Assembly: GCA_964187785.1 (NCBI GenBank)
Contig: OZ076413.1
Location: 48,238,001 to 48,302,000, forward strand
Direction of reading: 5' to 3'
DNA length: 64,000 nt
Source: Amphiscolops sp. MND2022
Lineage: Eukaryota
The stretch's first letter is position 1. Every line of letters starts with the position of its first letter. A program made the position numbers and the translations under genes. Of this stretch, positions 62,701 to 64,000 are shown piece by piece. The notes under the pieces were generated by a model. The model was not told where the DNA came from, did no database searches, and worked only from the letters and a program-made list of their open reading frames with translations.

Positions 62701-64000
62701 AGAGCGGTATAGTAGGATGTATCGTTATCGTCCAAAGAAAAAACAAGGTTTTTTAATGACAGCAAGAGGTTTGACGATTTGAGGTCAAACAGGGCAACAA
62801 AAAGACGTCGAAATGTATGAGATATTCTTGAGGTACTATTAATGGTCGAGGTGTATCCTTGTGAGGAAGTAGGAAAAAGTATTGTTTTATGGGATCATAG
62901 TTACGAAGATGTCCCGTGATATTTGAGTGATCAAAAGTGTACAAATTGTTCATTGTGAAAAGCGAAGTGTTTTATAGTTCGTGAAAATGTAGTTCTAAGG
63001 TTTTTTATGTTGAAGGAACTTGGTGTATCTCATATGATGAGTAGCTTTTTGTGCAAATGAGAGAAAGGAAGTATCGTTTTCGTAAGTTTTTAAATCATAT
63101 ATTCATGGCCGAATAAAGTTGAATTGAATTGAAACTTTTTTGACGCTGTTGTCCAGCCATTTTTGGAAATCTTGACTTTTATCATAGAGTTTAAAAGTGT
63201 AGTCTGTTGGATGCATATAGAGAGAAGTTAGCAGAAGGTATTAGTAATCGATGTTCATCGCGAGTTGTAGAAAGTGAAAGTTTGGAAGGCGGATATATTG
63301 GTGACGAAGGAAACGCAGGATCTTTAATATATTCGTATATTTTTGGCGGTGACAGGAAAGTTAGTTACAAGCGTTATTTGGAGTGAAAAACTTTTATGTC
63401 CGAGGAGTGGTCTGCACAAGAGAAGAGAAAAGTCAGAATGACCTGAGTTTAAAAGATAATGGAGGAAAAGAGTAATTTGTTTTTGACTACACTTTGACAA
63501 GACTGTTCATTCTGTGGTAACTATGACATGATTGGTATTCAATGGATATTCATTAGGATTTATTGTGACAGATGAGTAATGTGGTAATGATGGGTTTGGT
63601 ACTGATGAAGTATTGAAGTTGGAGTTGTCATTATTAGTTGTACGATTAATGGTTTGTTTGTGTTTAGGAGGAAACTTAAATCGTGTCATTTTGGAATTTC
63701 AGTTTGGACGTTTTGTAAAGAAAAGTGGTGGTGATATAATTCCAGTTCGATTTGAAAGAGTATTTGGTTGATCATCAGAAATATTGAAGGACTCATCTAA
63801 GGGGTTTTCAGTGATGGTTGAAAGTTGTTGTGAGCTTTTGATGCGTCTATTCGACTGAGCAGCTTGTATATCATTCACTATTTCTGTGGTGAGAATATTG
63901 AAAAAACCATTTGCAATAGAACTGAGAACTGTTATATTTTGCTTAGGAAGATATTTTATAGAAGTGGTAATGTTAAGTTCGACAAGAAGAGTTAACACAG
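59757..64000 (-). mobile_element. Probable 3' part of another large LTR element: candidate LTR 59757-60099 plus degraded ORFs of unknown function
   Basis: TGTGAC...AATACA candidate LTR; strong G-over-C skew on the plus strand; chained minus-strand ORF fragments; ~30-bp repeats at 61060-61260. No PPT or catalytic motif seen. Confidence 0.4.

Overview
AT-rich eukaryotic (animal-like) DNA made almost entirely of nested, decaying transposable elements. No intact host gene is supported. The centrepiece is a complete 15.3-kb Ty3/Gypsy LTR retrotransposon on the minus strand (17332-32675). It has ~1.15-kb TG..CA LTRs, a 5-bp TSD (ATAAT), a tRNA-Leu-type PBS, a PPT and degraded gag-PR-RT-RNaseH-IN. 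Two things about it are unusual. First, the ~7 kb between integrase and the 3' LTR carries an antisense, intron-containing gene (20116-24182) that looks like a catalytically dead hAT-transposase derivative with a BED-like zinc finger, set head-to-head with a second extra sense ORF. Second, gag starts >100 codons inside the LTR and reads through the PBS, a design shared with other LTR families in the window. The remainder comprises other Gypsy remnants, CR1/L2-like LINE copies (one inside a local duplication with a tRNA-derived SINE head), an 843-bp hAT deletion derivative with an 8-bp TSD, about ten Helentron/DINE-like non-autonomous elements, several MITEs and a ~185-bp satellite. Nearly all retroelement remnants lie on the minus strand. 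All homology calls are by-eye motif recognition, and no database search was run.
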